Origin: a virus
Length of the DNA stretch: 64,000 nucleotides
Direction: 5' to 3' (one strand)
IMG/VR virus record: IMGVR_UViG_3300008516_000114
Coordinates: 1 to 64,000 of that record
Positions 28,176-38,082 of the stretch are shown here, one piece after another (positions within the stretch are counted from its first letter, which is position 1; each line of letters begins with the position of its first letter). Both the position numbers and the translations under genes were made by a program. The notes under the pieces were generated by a model that was not told the DNA's origin, searched no databases, and saw nothing but the letters and a program-made list of their open reading frames with translations.

Positions 28176-28217
28176 TTTTTGTTTATTATGCGTCAGAATG
28201 AGTGAGAAAGGCGAAAT

Positions 28218-29789
28218 ATGGAACAATCGATAACATTCAAAGCAGATATTGCTAATTTCCAATTTATTCAAGAACCACTTAAAGTTTCTGTTGGAGAAAA
28301 GGAGTATGTTTTTGAACCAGACGTTAGTAAATCATTTTTCCATTTTGATTTGCTTTCTTCTTATCCTACTTTTAATTCAAATAAATTAACATTTACGCTT
28401 CCGATATTAGCAAAGGCGTTTGCAACTGCTATGTATAATCCATTGGATATTGAACATATATTGGAAGGCAATCCTGGTATTTTCGATCCTGAAAAAGATG
28501 CTAATCGCATTATCGGGGCAATGATATTATCTTATTTACCAGGCATTGAAAAGTATGGCGACGATGTACCACTAGTACCCGATGCTCCTATACCAATGCG
28601 GATCGTTGGCGTTGCATGGAAGCGAATTGCGGATGCCCAGGATTTATTGCAGGGAATGGCAAATGGTGTGAAATGGGGTACATCAATGGAGGTTATCAGG
28701 AATTCCAGTGAGGATATGTATGTCAATCCTGAAACCAATGAATTCTATGAATTGGGCAGTGTACCAGAAGACTTAAAAGACAAAGTTGTATTGGCTGTTG
28801 GTGGTAAAGGCGATAAGGAAAAAACCACTGTTAATTTCTGGGGTGGCGGATTCACATTATCACAAGCAGATAGGACGGCAAATATTCTTTCTTTGAACGC
28901 AGCAATGGCAAACAAGGGAGAGATGACAATGAAGATAGATAAATCAAAAACAGACAAATCGAATATAGAAAAATTATTTGCTGATACTAATAAAATTATA
29001 ATAATCACCGATGGTTCTGCAAGTGGTACTATAATGCAAATAGGTGAAGAGCAAGTTGCTTTTGAAAGTCTTTGGTTAAGTTGCTCTAAAGATAATAGAG
29101 ACGATAGAGTATATATGGATTTTTCAGTAGTGAAAGAAAAAATCGGTGATTTTGTTGTTTACCAACGATATGAATTGAAGAAAAAAGAACTCTTTAAAGC
29201 GGAAGGAGATGAGGACATGAATATTATACAACAAGCAAAGAAAGAGTTGAAAGAAGAGGGATACAAGAGTGCTTCCGAGATAGAGAAAGAGATTTCTACG
29301 GTTAAGGAAGGATTTAAGGATTTTGTATCTCCTGACAAGCAAAAGGAATTGGTAGATCAGGCAGTTAAGGACAAGGCAGTGGAGATCGAGAAAGCAGTTA
29401 AGGAAAAATACGATATTCTTTTTGCACGTTTAGGTGAAATGGAAAAAGAAGGTATTAAGGTAACGGTTTCGAGAAAAGAAAAGATAATTTCTTTTAAAAC
29501 AGATGAAGCAGGAAATAAAGAATTCAAGGAATATTTGGATTCTATTAAAGCATCAATTGCGGATATGGAAAAAGTATTGAAAGAGAAGAATGTTGAATTG
29601 AACGATAATTTAAAAGCCAAAATATCGGCATTTAATGGAGTTGATGACCTGGAATTTAAGGCATTAATAGATGGTATCAGCATGATTGCATCGAAAGCCA
29701 GTGGAGACGATAGAGAAACATTCGTTTTTTCTCCTACTGGGGGGGACATTGATAAAAATAAAGACCCTTTTGCCGGAATGCACAAATGA
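28218..29789 (+). CDS. Prohead protease / scaffold fusion
   Basis: PLDIEH, RIIG, VAWKR, GTSMEV, FWGGG (HK97/U35-like protease); charged coiled-coil C-terminus; lies upstream of capsid genes. Confidence 0.7.
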   Translation: MEQSITFKADIANFQFIQEPLKVSVGEKEYVFEPDVSKSFFHFDLLSSYPTFNSNKLTFTLPILAKAFATAMYNPLDIEHILEGNPGIFDPEKDANRIIGAMILSYLPGIEKYGDDVPLVPDAPIPMRIVGVAWKRIADAQDLLQGMANGVKWGTSMEVIRNSSEDMYVNPETNEFYELGSVPEDLKDKVVLAVGGKGDKEKTTVNFWGGGFTLSQADRTANILSLNAAMANKGEMTMKIDKSKTDKSNIEKLFADTNKIIIITDGSASGTIMQIGEEQVAFESLWLSCSKDNRDDRVYMDFSVVKEKIGDFVVYQRYELKKKELFKAEGDEDMNIIQQAKKELKEEGYKSASEIEKEISTVKEGFKDFVSPDKQKELVDQAVKDKAVEIEKAVKEKYDILFARLGEMEKEGIKVTVSRKEKIISFKTDEAGNKEFKEYLDSIKASIADMEKVLKEKNVELNDNLKAKISAFNGVDDLEFKALIDGISMIASKASGDDRETFVFSPTGGDIDKNKDPFAGMHK

Positions 29790-29803
29790 GATAGGAGGTA
29801 AAG

Positions 29804-30277
29804 ATGAGTTTTAAAATTTTACATGGAATGGATGAATTGAACATTGGTTATATGACCTGTGATACGGAATTGGCTAAGGGTATCGCTGTTGAGGAAGCCG
29901 GTGACGGCACAGAGATCGTCCAGGCTTGTGTATGTGGTTCGCCTTTAGGATTTTTGCTTCAGGATGTTACAGAAGATGGAGCTTCATACCAGGAATTGGA
30001 ATTACTGCCAGGCTCGGAGATTTATGAAGTTAAGATCGGCGGTAAGGTTGCTATAATCGATGGTGAAGGTGAAATAGTAACAAGCCAGGTTGTTGAAACG
30101 GGTACTGGTAATTTAGGAGCTGCAACTGTTGAAGATCAGCTTTCGATTCTTAATGGTAAATGGCGAGTTGCACAGACAGGCGATACGGTTTGTGGTTTTC
30201 TGCGAGGTACTGATTATAATAGTGTTTCTGGTGATTATCATATCCGCAGGATTAAAGGTGGATATATAAAGGCATAA
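29804..30277 (+). CDS. Head decoration / capsid cement protein
   Basis: Gly-rich beta protein (PLGFLLQDV) between scaffold and major capsid protein; AGGAGG RBS. Confidence 0.6.
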   Translation: MSFKILHGMDELNIGYMTCDTELAKGIAVEEAGDGTEIVQACVCGSPLGFLLQDVTEDGASYQELELLPGSEIYEVKIGGKVAIIDGEGEIVTSQVVETGTGNLGAATVEDQLSILNGKWRVAQTGDTVCGFLRGTDYNSVSGDYHIRRIKGGYIKA

Positions 30278-30290
30278 AAGGAGGTTTAAA

Positions 30291-31361
30291 ATGGGACGAA
30301 TACTTGATAAAAATTTAGAATTAATGAAGCCTGCTATTGCCGCTATGGAAGATAATCAAAAAAAGAGAAATGCGAGCAAATCCGAGAGGCGAGAGGCATG
30401 GAAATCAACATTTCAGAATTATGAATTAGCGGCATCATGGGCGGCACACCGTAAAGAGGTATTTAATCTTACGGTATTACCGGATTTAATAGCATCGGAA
30501 TTGTTTGAAATCATATCGCTTGAAAAAGGTCAGCGTATCGAGATAGATACGACTTACAATGCGGAATACCAGGTCAAGGAAATCAACCAGATGGGTGGAA
30601 TGGTGCATAACTCCTGGGTTATGCCCAATACAGTTAATATGAGAGATGTATATGAGATTGAAACTGAGGAAGTGGCATATCCTGTCGAGTCAATCATACA
30701 GGGTAATATTGATAAATCCGATGAGGTCAACAGGGATGTCAGGTTTGCTTATGAAAATAAGATAGATTTAGATGTCTGGACATTGTTTACAAGCATATTT
30801 GATACTTTTACCACAAATGCTACTTACAGATTACATTCGAGAGTTGATAGCGGCAACTTACCAACAACCAATATTGTTGATGCAAGTGCCGAAGGTGGTT
30901 TGACAGTAGGTGCAATGAAACAGTTATTGGCACATTGTGAATTAGCCGGTATAACACCAAGGTTAATTTATCTCTCACCACAAGACAAACCCGATATATG
31001 GGATTGGACAACTGTTGTAGCCGGTTATACCGGTACTACTCCAACACCCCAAGATGTGCTTTCATTGGAAAAGCACGCTGAATTATGGAAAAGTGGTAAG
31101 ATTACCAATATGTTTGGCTATCCTGTTATTTTCAAGACATTGAATTTTCTTGCTCCTGGCAAGGTTTATGTTGCTAGTGATAAACCTTCGGGTAAATTGT
31201 ATTTCAAACCTGATTATGAACGGGTGATTTTCTATACTCAAAATGAATGTCGTAAGCTTATGAAATTACCGAGACATGAAGCGGTAGGTATAGAAGGTGT
31301 CATTAAACCGTTGATTGAAGCTCCGCAATATCTTAATTCGGTGAGACTTGATATTGCATAA
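30291..31361 (+). CDS. Major capsid protein (HK97 fold)
   Basis: 356 aa, AGGAGG RBS, position; YENKID..V, RLIYLSP, MFGYPV. Confidence 0.75.
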   Translation: MGRILDKNLELMKPAIAAMEDNQKKRNASKSERREAWKSTFQNYELAASWAAHRKEVFNLTVLPDLIASELFEIISLEKGQRIEIDTTYNAEYQVKEINQMGGMVHNSWVMPNTVNMRDVYEIETEEVAYPVESIIQGNIDKSDEVNRDVRFAYENKIDLDVWTLFTSIFDTFTTNATYRLHSRVDSGNLPTTNIVDASAEGGLTVGAMKQLLAHCELAGITPRLIYLSPQDKPDIWDWTTVVAGYTGTTPTPQDVLSLEKHAELWKSGKITNMFGYPVIFKTLNFLAPGKVYVASDKPSGKLYFKPDYERVIFYTQNECRKLMKLPRHEAVGIEGVIKPLIEAPQYLNSVRLDIA

Positions 31362-31412
31362 AATATTTTCAAAGAGGGATTCTTTGAACAACTTCTTTAA
31401 TAAGGAGGCAAT

Positions 31413-31766
31413 ATGGCTCAATTTATAAAAGTTAAGCCAACGGAATTGTTACATGGTGTTATACGCCTGAGCAAAAAGGTTTTCATTAACCCGAATAGTG
31501 ATTGGCGTGAATTACCAATAACTGCTGAAAAGCCTAAAGATGAAAAGAAACTGGCGGAATGGCAGTTGATGATGGATAAGGTAAATCATTATTGGACAGT
31601 TGGGAAGTTACAGGTTAAAGGCAAAATACCACAGAGGAAAAGAGTCAAGGAAACTTTTTATTGTAAGGAAAAGGATGGACATCTTAATAGCCCTGTGCCT
31701 GTATTCAAGGATGGGTTATGTTCCTTTCATTATAATAAAAAGCATCCGGAGATATTTGCGGGTTAA
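31413..31766 (+). CDS. Hypothetical protein
   Basis: AAGGAGG RBS; LCSFH. Confidence 0.6.
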   Translation: MAQFIKVKPTELLHGVIRLSKKVFINPNSDWRELPITAEKPKDEKKLAEWQLMMDKVNHYWTVGKLQVKGKIPQRKRVKETFYCKEKDGHLNSPVPVFKDGLCSFHYNKKHPEIFAG

Positions 31767-31786
31767 TTGTCAATATGGGGTGAGAT

Positions 31787-32119
31787 ATGAGCAGGACAAA
31801 GTTAAAAGACCATTTAACCGGTGGCGATATAGATTTTGGTGATTTGCTGACGAATATGGCTTATATCAGGCAATATCTAAGTGAGAGTTTTCCACCTATA
31901 ATCGAAGATATTACACCAAGTGATACTACCGTACTTTCAGATGTATTATGGATACGATGTGGTACTTCGGGCACTTTAAAGATAAGGGATTCTGAAGGCA
32001 ATGATACTACTCATTCAAATGTAAGTGCTGGTGAGAAATTCTTCGGTAGAATAACGAAGGTATATTTAACAGGGACGACTTGCACAGGGATAAGAGCGTG
32101 GAAGGTTAAGGGTAGCTAA
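31787..32119 (+). CDS. Small virion-associated beta protein
   Basis: ITPSDTT...WIRCGTSGTL...KVYLTGTT pattern seen in phage structural modules. Confidence 0.55.
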   Translation: MSRTKLKDHLTGGDIDFGDLLTNMAYIRQYLSESFPPIIEDITPSDTTVLSDVLWIRCGTSGTLKIRDSEGNDTTHSNVSAGEKFFGRITKVYLTGTTCTGIRAWKVKGS

Positions 32120-32151
32120 TTGTTAATTGTGAATTGTTAATTATTAATTGG
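32117..32151 (+). repeat. Heptamer tandem array x5
   Basis: taattgt taattgt gaattgt taattat taattgg; first unit contains the upstream stop. Confidence 0.88.
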
Positions 32152-32293
32152 AGATGAGAGATGCTGACAGTTTTGAAGGATTTCTTTTTTGATTTAATAA
32201 ACATTATCAAAGATACATTTTTGGGCGGTATAAATCACAAACTTGAAGAAGAACACCGAAAACTTGATGAAATCGGATAAGAGGAATTAAAAT

Positions 32294-33313
32294 ATGTTAT
32301 CACAAGAAGAAGTAGCCATTGAATATGTAAAATTTATTTATCAAAATGGTGATGACCATAAAATTAAGCGTGGTGATGATGGTGCTATATCTGGTTTTAC
32401 AGGTGGACATTTGTTATCTGTTGCGACTGATGGTAAAGGATTTGAGGATTCGGGGATTAAGAAGGATACAAGTGGTGCAACTGCTGATAAGGTCGTAACG
32501 CTGAAATCTTTACATACCGACAATAGAGTAATAACATTACCTGATGCTACGGATACATTGATAGGGAAAAACACAACCGATATATTAACACTCAAAACAT
32601 TAACTACTCCAGTTATTGCATCATTTTATCGGGATGCAGGTAAGACAAAATTAATGACAGTGCCAAATGTGGCGAGTGATACATTGGCTTTACTCGCTGC
32701 GGTACAGATATTGACAAATAAGAGATTAAATAGCCCAAAGATTAATGAAGATACGATTTTATCTTCTGCCTCTTCTGCAATCGATGATGCAGTGGATAAG
32801 AAACACGCAAAACCAGATGCTAATTATGATTTCTCTGCTGGTTCATGGGATTATCCGGACAGTAATCCAGCACCTTTAGATACGGATTCCGGTACTAATG
32901 GGACTGCAAAACGAATTTTATTTGATGATACCACTGAAGAATTTATTATAGATCAGATTAAACTTCCAGGTGACTTAAATGCTTTGGGAACAGTAACGTT
33001 CGAGACTTATGGCCATGCAGTGACATCGGTAGCGGACAAAAAAGTCCAATTGAAATTTTACCATTGTGCAAAAGCTGCAGGTGAAAGTTGGGATGCTGCT
33101 TTTGCCTCAAAAGTGAGTGGAGATAAAGATTGCGATTCTACACAAGACGAAAAAGGATTAGACCATTTTACCTGGACAGAAACGATTGCAAATTTGGGCT
33201 GGGCTGCTAACGATTTTGTGAGGATTAAGCTATCAAGAATAGCACCTTCAGAAAACAATCTGAGTGGAGATTATGGTATTTTCCATTTCAGAGTTAAGAT
33301 ACCGAGAACATAA
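32294..33313 (+). CDS. Fibre-like structural protein
   Basis: ITLPDATDTL...LTLKTLTTP / LTNKRLNSPKIN shaft repeats and a C-terminal beta domain. Confidence 0.6.
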   Translation: MLSQEEVAIEYVKFIYQNGDDHKIKRGDDGAISGFTGGHLLSVATDGKGFEDSGIKKDTSGATADKVVTLKSLHTDNRVITLPDATDTLIGKNTTDILTLKTLTTPVIASFYRDAGKTKLMTVPNVASDTLALLAAVQILTNKRLNSPKINEDTILSSASSAIDDAVDKKHAKPDANYDFSAGSWDYPDSNPAPLDTDSGTNGTAKRILFDDTTEEFIIDQIKLPGDLNALGTVTFETYGHAVTSVADKKVQLKFYHCAKAAGESWDAAFASKVSGDKDCDSTQDEKGLDHFTWTETIANLGWAANDFVRIKLSRIAPSENNLSGDYGIFHFRVKIPRT

Positions 33314-33327
33314 AGAGGAGTATTATT

Positions 33328-33999
33328 ATGGCGTTGGAGCTTGATGGGTTAGGTGTTATTAATATTGGAGAACCTATAGTATTAGACCAAGATTTTTCGG
33401 CAATTACATTATCTTGTTGGATTAAACACTCTACAGGAGATGTATCTCCTACTGATTATATTTTAGGCAAGGGATCTATGTGGTATTTAATGTTTAATAA
33501 TCCAACAATATGTAAGTTCAGACACTTAAATCTGGGAATTGCAAATACTTCGGTTACTGTACCTGCTATTGGAACTTCTTGGCATTTTATTGTTGCTACT
33601 TACAATGGAAGTAGAACAAATATTTATTTAAATGGAGTGGATTATGATGGTAATACTGGATTATCTGGAGGTCTGGGAACTAATGATGTGAATGTCGGAA
33701 TAGGTAGTTATTTTGGTGATACTCCTTTTTGGAAAGGCTCCATCGACGAAGTCCGTATCTACAACCGCGCCTTGAGTGAAGCAGAAATTAAGATTCTTTA
33801 TAATTCAAGAGGGCAAAATATAATAACCAAAGGTTTAGTAGGTTATTGGAGAATGAACGAAAAACCTGATGGAACAGCAGCAAGTGGAGCTAATTCCATT
33901 ATAGATTTAAGCGGATATGGAAATCATGGAACACCAGAAGGCGGACCAATTTATCGGGCAACACCCAATAAGATATATATTCCGAGAGTGATAGCATAA
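33328..33999 (+). CDS. LamG / concanavalin-like lectin domain protein
   Basis: TLSCWIK, WHFIVATYNG, IYLNG, KGSIDEVRIYNRALS, GLVGYWRMNE. Confidence 0.9.
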   Translation: MALELDGLGVINIGEPIVLDQDFSAITLSCWIKHSTGDVSPTDYILGKGSMWYLMFNNPTICKFRHLNLGIANTSVTVPAIGTSWHFIVATYNGSRTNIYLNGVDYDGNTGLSGGLGTNDVNVGIGSYFGDTPFWKGSIDEVRIYNRALSEAEIKILYNSRGQNIITKGLVGYWRMNEKPDGTAASGANSIIDLSGYGNHGTPEGGPIYRATPNKIYIPRVIA

Positions 34000-34011
34000 G
34001 GATAAATAGTC

Positions 34012-34332
34012 ATGTCAACAGTAATCAATAAAGATAAATTAGAAATAAGAAGGAGTGTTCATACTCCAGATTATTCTGGTAAAGATGATTGGCTTATAAA
34101 TCCTAAACTTCCGGATTGTTCCAAGAAGTACTGGAAAGTTGCCGGGGCTAATGTAACAGAAATGACCAGTGAAGAAAAGTCAGTTAAAGATGCCGAATTA
34201 ACTACACAACAACAGGAATTATTAGAAGAACAACAGGAACAAGAAGTTCGCCTTAAAAAGGTAAGGGGAAAATTCCAATTATTGGGATTTACAGAGGAAG
34301 ATATAGAATTATTTAGAGTATTATTTTCATAG
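34012..34332 (+). CDS. Putative fibre assembly chaperone
   Basis: SVHTPDY..WLINP..KYWKV...EMT.EEK plus coiled coil, after fibre genes. Confidence 0.5.
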   Translation: MSTVINKDKLEIRRSVHTPDYSGKDDWLINPKLPDCSKKYWKVAGANVTEMTSEEKSVKDAELTTQQQELLEEQQEQEVRLKKVRGKFQLLGFTEEDIELFRVLFS

Positions 34333-34363
34333 TTGAGCGATTATCGATAGGGTTGGTAAAATA

Positions 34364-34576
34364 ATGAATAACAAAGATTTAATTACACAATTGAAAGCAT
34401 TTGAAGATAATTTACCAGTTTATTTCTGTAAGAAAGAGGAAATGTGTTTTTCAAATGTAGTTGAATCTGAAGAAGAATTGGATATGTTGACAGTTGATAG
34501 AATAGAATTAATGGAAGATAAAATAATATTAACCAATGTCAATGGAGTTGGGGAGTTAGAGAGTTTAGGAGTTTAG
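34364..34576 (+). CDS. Small hypothetical protein
   Basis: 70-aa ORF ending inside an octamer array. Confidence 0.5.
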   Translation: MNNKDLITQLKAFEDNLPVYFCKKEEMCFSNVVESEEELDMLTVDRIELMEDKIILTNVNGVGELESLGV

Positions 34577-34591
34577 GAGTTTAGGAGTTTA
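34544..34591 (+). repeat. Octamer tandem array GGAGTTTA x6
   Basis: ggagttgg ggagttag agagttta ggagttta ggagttta ggagttta. Confidence 0.88.
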
Positions 34592-34592
34592 T

Positions 34593-34874
34593 ATGGATGG
34601 TAAAGAATTTTTGAATTTAAATGCTGATGATTTAGTAAAAACGGGAAGCACAAAAATAGTATTGAAATTCGTTATTGTAGGACAACAAAGTTTATTCAAA
34701 GAATTCAATGATATTGAAGAAAAATTATTAGATCCCGATAAAGGTATTTATGCAAGAATTAAATCAAATACAGATGCACGTAAATTATTTCAGCGAATCT
34801 TTATCGGCTGGGGTGCTATTATGACGGGGTTAATAACCGCCATGCTTTTTAAAATACTTAGCAAAGGAATATAA
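34593..34874 (+). CDS. Membrane protein, putative holin/antiholin
   Basis: C-terminal hydrophobic helix; upstream of the endolysin. Confidence 0.55.
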   Translation: MDGKEFLNLNADDLVKTGSTKIVLKFVIVGQQSLFKEFNDIEEKLLDPDKGIYARIKSNTDARKLFQRIFIGWGAIMTGLITAMLFKILSKGI

Positions 34875-34890
34875 TCACAAAGGAGGCAAT

Positions 34891-35154
34891 ATGTCTGAAT
34901 GGTTTAGCTTACAGAATATTTTAATGATAGTAGCTTTGATTTTATCAGTTGTATTTGGGCTGGTATCATTGAAGTACAGAATACTTATCGTGAAGTTGCG
35001 TGATATTGTTAAGAAATACCGTGACTCGATCAGCGAGCAATCGGAAGGTGGCAAGAGTTTAACAGCCAAAGAGAAACAAGAGATAATGAAATTGATCGTA
35101 CTGTTTTTTCAGGAATTGGGAATGCTATTGCTTAAAAAAAAGTCAAAAAGTTGA
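34891..35154 (+). CDS. Putative holin
   Basis: N-terminal TM helix, basic C-terminus, adjacent to the endolysin. Confidence 0.6.
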   Translation: MSEWFSLQNILMIVALILSVVFGLVSLKYRILIVKLRDIVKKYRDSISEQSEGGKSLTAKEKQEIMKLIVLFFQELGMLLLKKKSKS

Positions 35155-35161
35155 GGATTTT

Positions 35162-35518
35162 ATGGTTAGTCTTAAAAATTTTAAGGAATCTGACTTCTAC
35201 TGTCCGTGTTGCGGAAAAGAGATAATGAATGATAGGTTTTTGATACAATTGCAAAAAGCAAGGTCTATTGCCAATGTTCCATTTGTTATTAATTCAGGAT
35301 ATAGATGTAAAAAACACAACAAAGAAGTTAGAGGGAAACCAACATCTTCGCATTTAAAAGGATTAGCGGTAGATATTATGGTTAAAAATTCCTGGATGCG
35401 CTATAAGATTTTGGAATCATTTATATCTGCGGAATTTAAAAGAATAGGTATTGGAAAAGGATTTATTCACGTTGACGCTGATACCGATAAACCACAAGAA
35501 ACAATCTGGTTATATTAA
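35162..35518 (+). CDS. Peptidase M15A endolysin
   Basis: F.CPCCG, INSGYRC..HN..V.G...SSHL.GLAVD, FIHVD. Confidence 0.92.
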   Translation: MVSLKNFKESDFYCPCCGKEIMNDRFLIQLQKARSIANVPFVINSGYRCKKHNKEVRGKPTSSHLKGLAVDIMVKNSWMRYKILESFISAEFKRIGIGKGFIHVDADTDKPQETIWLY

Positions 35519-35519
35519 A

Positions 35520-35972
35520 ATGAGTAGCATTACTGATTATAGCGACTTATATACTTTTGTCCGCCACGCAGCGGGCGATTTCGGTACATATAAAGACGGC
35601 AGTCGTGTCGGTGATTATAAATACCAGGATGATGTGATAGATAATGCTATTACTTACAATTTACTGAAGATGTCGAGTTATTCTAAGGTATCAGGTGCTG
35701 ACCAGATTACACCGATAATGACAGATGATAATGATATAGGATATTTAATTAATCTCATAGCACTAAAACTTGTTATAGCAGATTTATTGACAGCATATAA
35801 AACGAGAAACATGGCGGTAACGAAAGATTTGAAATATTTAATTGCGAATATATTACATGATCTCCAAACATTCAGTAATGTAAAAGGTTTAGTTCATGAA
35901 AAGGATGGAGCGCTGGAGATGCTATACGATCTACCAGATAGAATCAGTGATTTCGTTTCAGCGAATACATAA
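35520..35972 (+). CDS. Head-tail adaptor-like protein
   Basis: VRHAAGD...YQDDVID pattern, helical, position. Confidence 0.5.
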   Translation: MSSITDYSDLYTFVRHAAGDFGTYKDGSRVGDYKYQDDVIDNAITYNLLKMSSYSKVSGADQITPIMTDDNDIGYLINLIALKLVIADLLTAYKTRNMAVTKDLKYLIANILHDLQTFSNVKGLVHEKDGALEMLYDLPDRISDFVSANT

Positions 35973-35989
35973 GAGAGGAGTAATAAATA

Positions 35990-36373
35990 ATGAAGTTAAA
36001 ATTTATATGTACGGATAAAGTGAAAAGAGAAGGGATAAGGATTTCTTATGGTGATAAGAGTTATAAAGAAGGCGATATCCTGATAATTGATAGGGAAAAA
36101 GAGCAGGAATTTAGTTCAAGTTATATCAGGGGATATTTCAGATATATTGGGATTATACAACCTGATAAAAAAGTACTAGTAACCAAGAAATCAGAAATAA
36201 AAACTAAGAAAAAAGAAAAATTAAAGACTAGGAAAAAAGAAACAAGAATTAAGAAAGATAAAAAGGCTTTGGGTATTCCTAAAGGATTTAAAAGGGATAT
36301 CATAATTAATGAGAAGCCGGATATAAAGATTTATAATATTGAAAAGGAGGTTGAAGATGACAAGAACAACTAA
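35990..36373 (+). CDS. Lys-rich hypothetical protein
   Basis: AGGAG RBS, 127 aa. Confidence 0.55.
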   Translation: MKLKFICTDKVKREGIRISYGDKSYKEGDILIIDREKEQEFSSSYIRGYFRYIGIIQPDKKVLVTKKSEIKTKKKEKLKTRKKETRIKKDKKALGIPKGFKRDIIINEKPDIKIYNIEKEVEDDKNN

Positions 36374-37112
36374 CGTGAAAAACCTTGAGGAAGGCCACTT
36401 ATACGGATTAGTGGCGAATGCAAATGAACACAAATTTGGTGTGGTGCAGATTTTAAAAGTAACCGGAGCAGACGCAGTTACAGTTACAAATGGTGATGAA
36501 TATTCGGATTTTCCAGCTATTTGTGGTGATGTGTATGGCTATGTAAGAACCATAACACCAATCACTGGTGGTGAAGATGAAACCGATATTGTTGTTACTG
36601 TAGATGGTAACACGGCAACTATTCCTGCTGGTACACCTTCGGGGCGTGGTTTCGCATTAGCGGATGCAACTGATTTAACAGCAACCCCAACTATCACAGG
36701 TGGTGTAGCCGGTGATATTCTTGAGATTGTATATGTACCTCAATTTGCAACATCAGATGAAATTGATTATGTAACTGATTTCGGAAGGACTTATCCCGAT
36801 AAATATCGTGGTATCTATTACAGAGGCGAATTAAAGCATAGGAAGAGGATATGGAATGTTGAAAGCACATTATCATTTACCGCTTCATTCCTGAGTTTTG
36901 AACAAGTTATGCATCAATTTGCTAACCTGGAACACACATTACTTTTTGAAAGAAAAGATGATGGTGGTGCTACTGTATCCGAAAAGGAATATTACGGTAA
37001 ATGTTTTGCAAAAGAACCTGATTTAACCGGTTCAGGTGGAGATACCGATACTACCAGTGCAACAGCAGTTAGATATGAAAGATGGATGACGGTTGAGGAC
37101 ACACCTGCATAA
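36357..37112 (+). CDS. Putative major tail (tube) protein
   Basis: AAGGAGG RBS, Thr/Gly-rich beta protein upstream of chaperone-like genes. Confidence 0.55.
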   Translation: MTRTTNVKNLEEGHLYGLVANANEHKFGVVQILKVTGADAVTVTNGDEYSDFPAICGDVYGYVRTITPITGGEDETDIVVTVDGNTATIPAGTPSGRGFALADATDLTATPTITGGVAGDILEIVYVPQFATSDEIDYVTDFGRTYPDKYRGIYYRGELKHRKRIWNVESTLSFTASFLSFEQVMHQFANLEHTLLFERKDDGGATVSEKEYYGKCFAKEPDLTGSGGDTDTTSATAVRYERWMTVEDTPA

Positions 37113-37138
37113 TGGACATATAAAATGCGAGGTGTACT

Positions 37139-37561
37139 TTGGGTAGAGTCGTTTTCGATCACGATAACGCATTGGTGAAGATATATAAGCAGGACTCCGA
37201 TGGGAGTAAGGGGGATGTGCAATCCGATGACTGGCTTTATGTACAGGGTATAAAATTAGTTGAGACACCGAAAATTAAAGCCATCCCCCGTTTGTTTGCC
37301 AGTAGAAACAGGGTAGAAACGATAGGCTATGAACGGTTACTGACTATTGAAAAATTCCATTATTATAAAGTTAATGATTGGTCACTTGCTAAAGATGTTG
37401 ACCAGGATTATTGGATCGAGATTGTATTTACCGGAGATAATATAAATTATACAGAAACATATACCTGTAAATATTGCCGATATAATGGACAATCATTAAA
37501 TACAAGAGAAGACCCTGCTAACGATTTCAGTAAAGGTTGGATAGTAGGGACAATTACGTAA
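37139..37561 (+). CDS. Tail-tube-like structural protein
   Basis: GAGG RBS, TTG start, beta-rich. Confidence 0.45.
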   Translation: MGRVVFDHDNALVKIYKQDSDGSKGDVQSDDWLYVQGIKLVETPKIKAIPRLFASRNRVETIGYERLLTIEKFHYYKVNDWSLAKDVDQDYWIEIVFTGDNINYTETYTCKYCRYNGQSLNTREDPANDFSKGWIVGTIT

Positions 37562-37576
37562 AAGAAGGAGAAATGT

Positions 37577-38080
37577 ATGAAACCTGAAAATTATAAGTCA
37601 AAAAAAGATGGTACAATCATCCATGTTGAATCTCTGGAGATTATTCCAGAGAGGGAGAGTGAGATAGTTTCTATCAAACATAGGAATGTGATTTGGGAAT
37701 GGAAAGTCTGGAATTTAACAGGCTTAGAATTTCAGCAATTGCAAAGGGATAAAGATAAACGGAGAAATAAATTAGATGCCGAGAAACCTAAACCGCCAAC
37801 AAGATTAGAAAAGAATAAAGATATTCCGGTATTAGATGATAAAAAATATCTAAAAGATATGGCTGAATTTAGTGATAAGGAATTGGAATTAGGTATATGG
37901 TATGAATACAGAATCCTGGAAATGGGTCTTTTTGAATGTAATAAATGGACAACCGAAGGTGAAACAGAAAAGTCAAGAATAGAATACATGCAAAAAAAGG
38001 TCGGTGCTTTCTGGCTGAAATTGATAGGTAGAATATTAGCTATTAGTATTGTAACCGATGGTGATATCCAAAGTTTTTAG
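37577..38080 (+). CDS. Putative tail assembly chaperone (gpG-like)
   Basis: AAGGAG RBS; ends ...IQSF at a T5 run; followed by a -1 frame ORF. Confidence 0.55.
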   Translation: MKPENYKSKKDGTIIHVESLEIIPERESEIVSIKHRNVIWEWKVWNLTGLEFQQLQRDKDKRRNKLDAEKPKPPTRLEKNKDIPVLDDKKYLKDMAEFSDKELELGIWYEYRILEMGLFECNKWTTEGETEKSRIEYMQKKVGAFWLKLIGRILAISIVTDGDIQSF

Positions 38081-38082
38081 AT

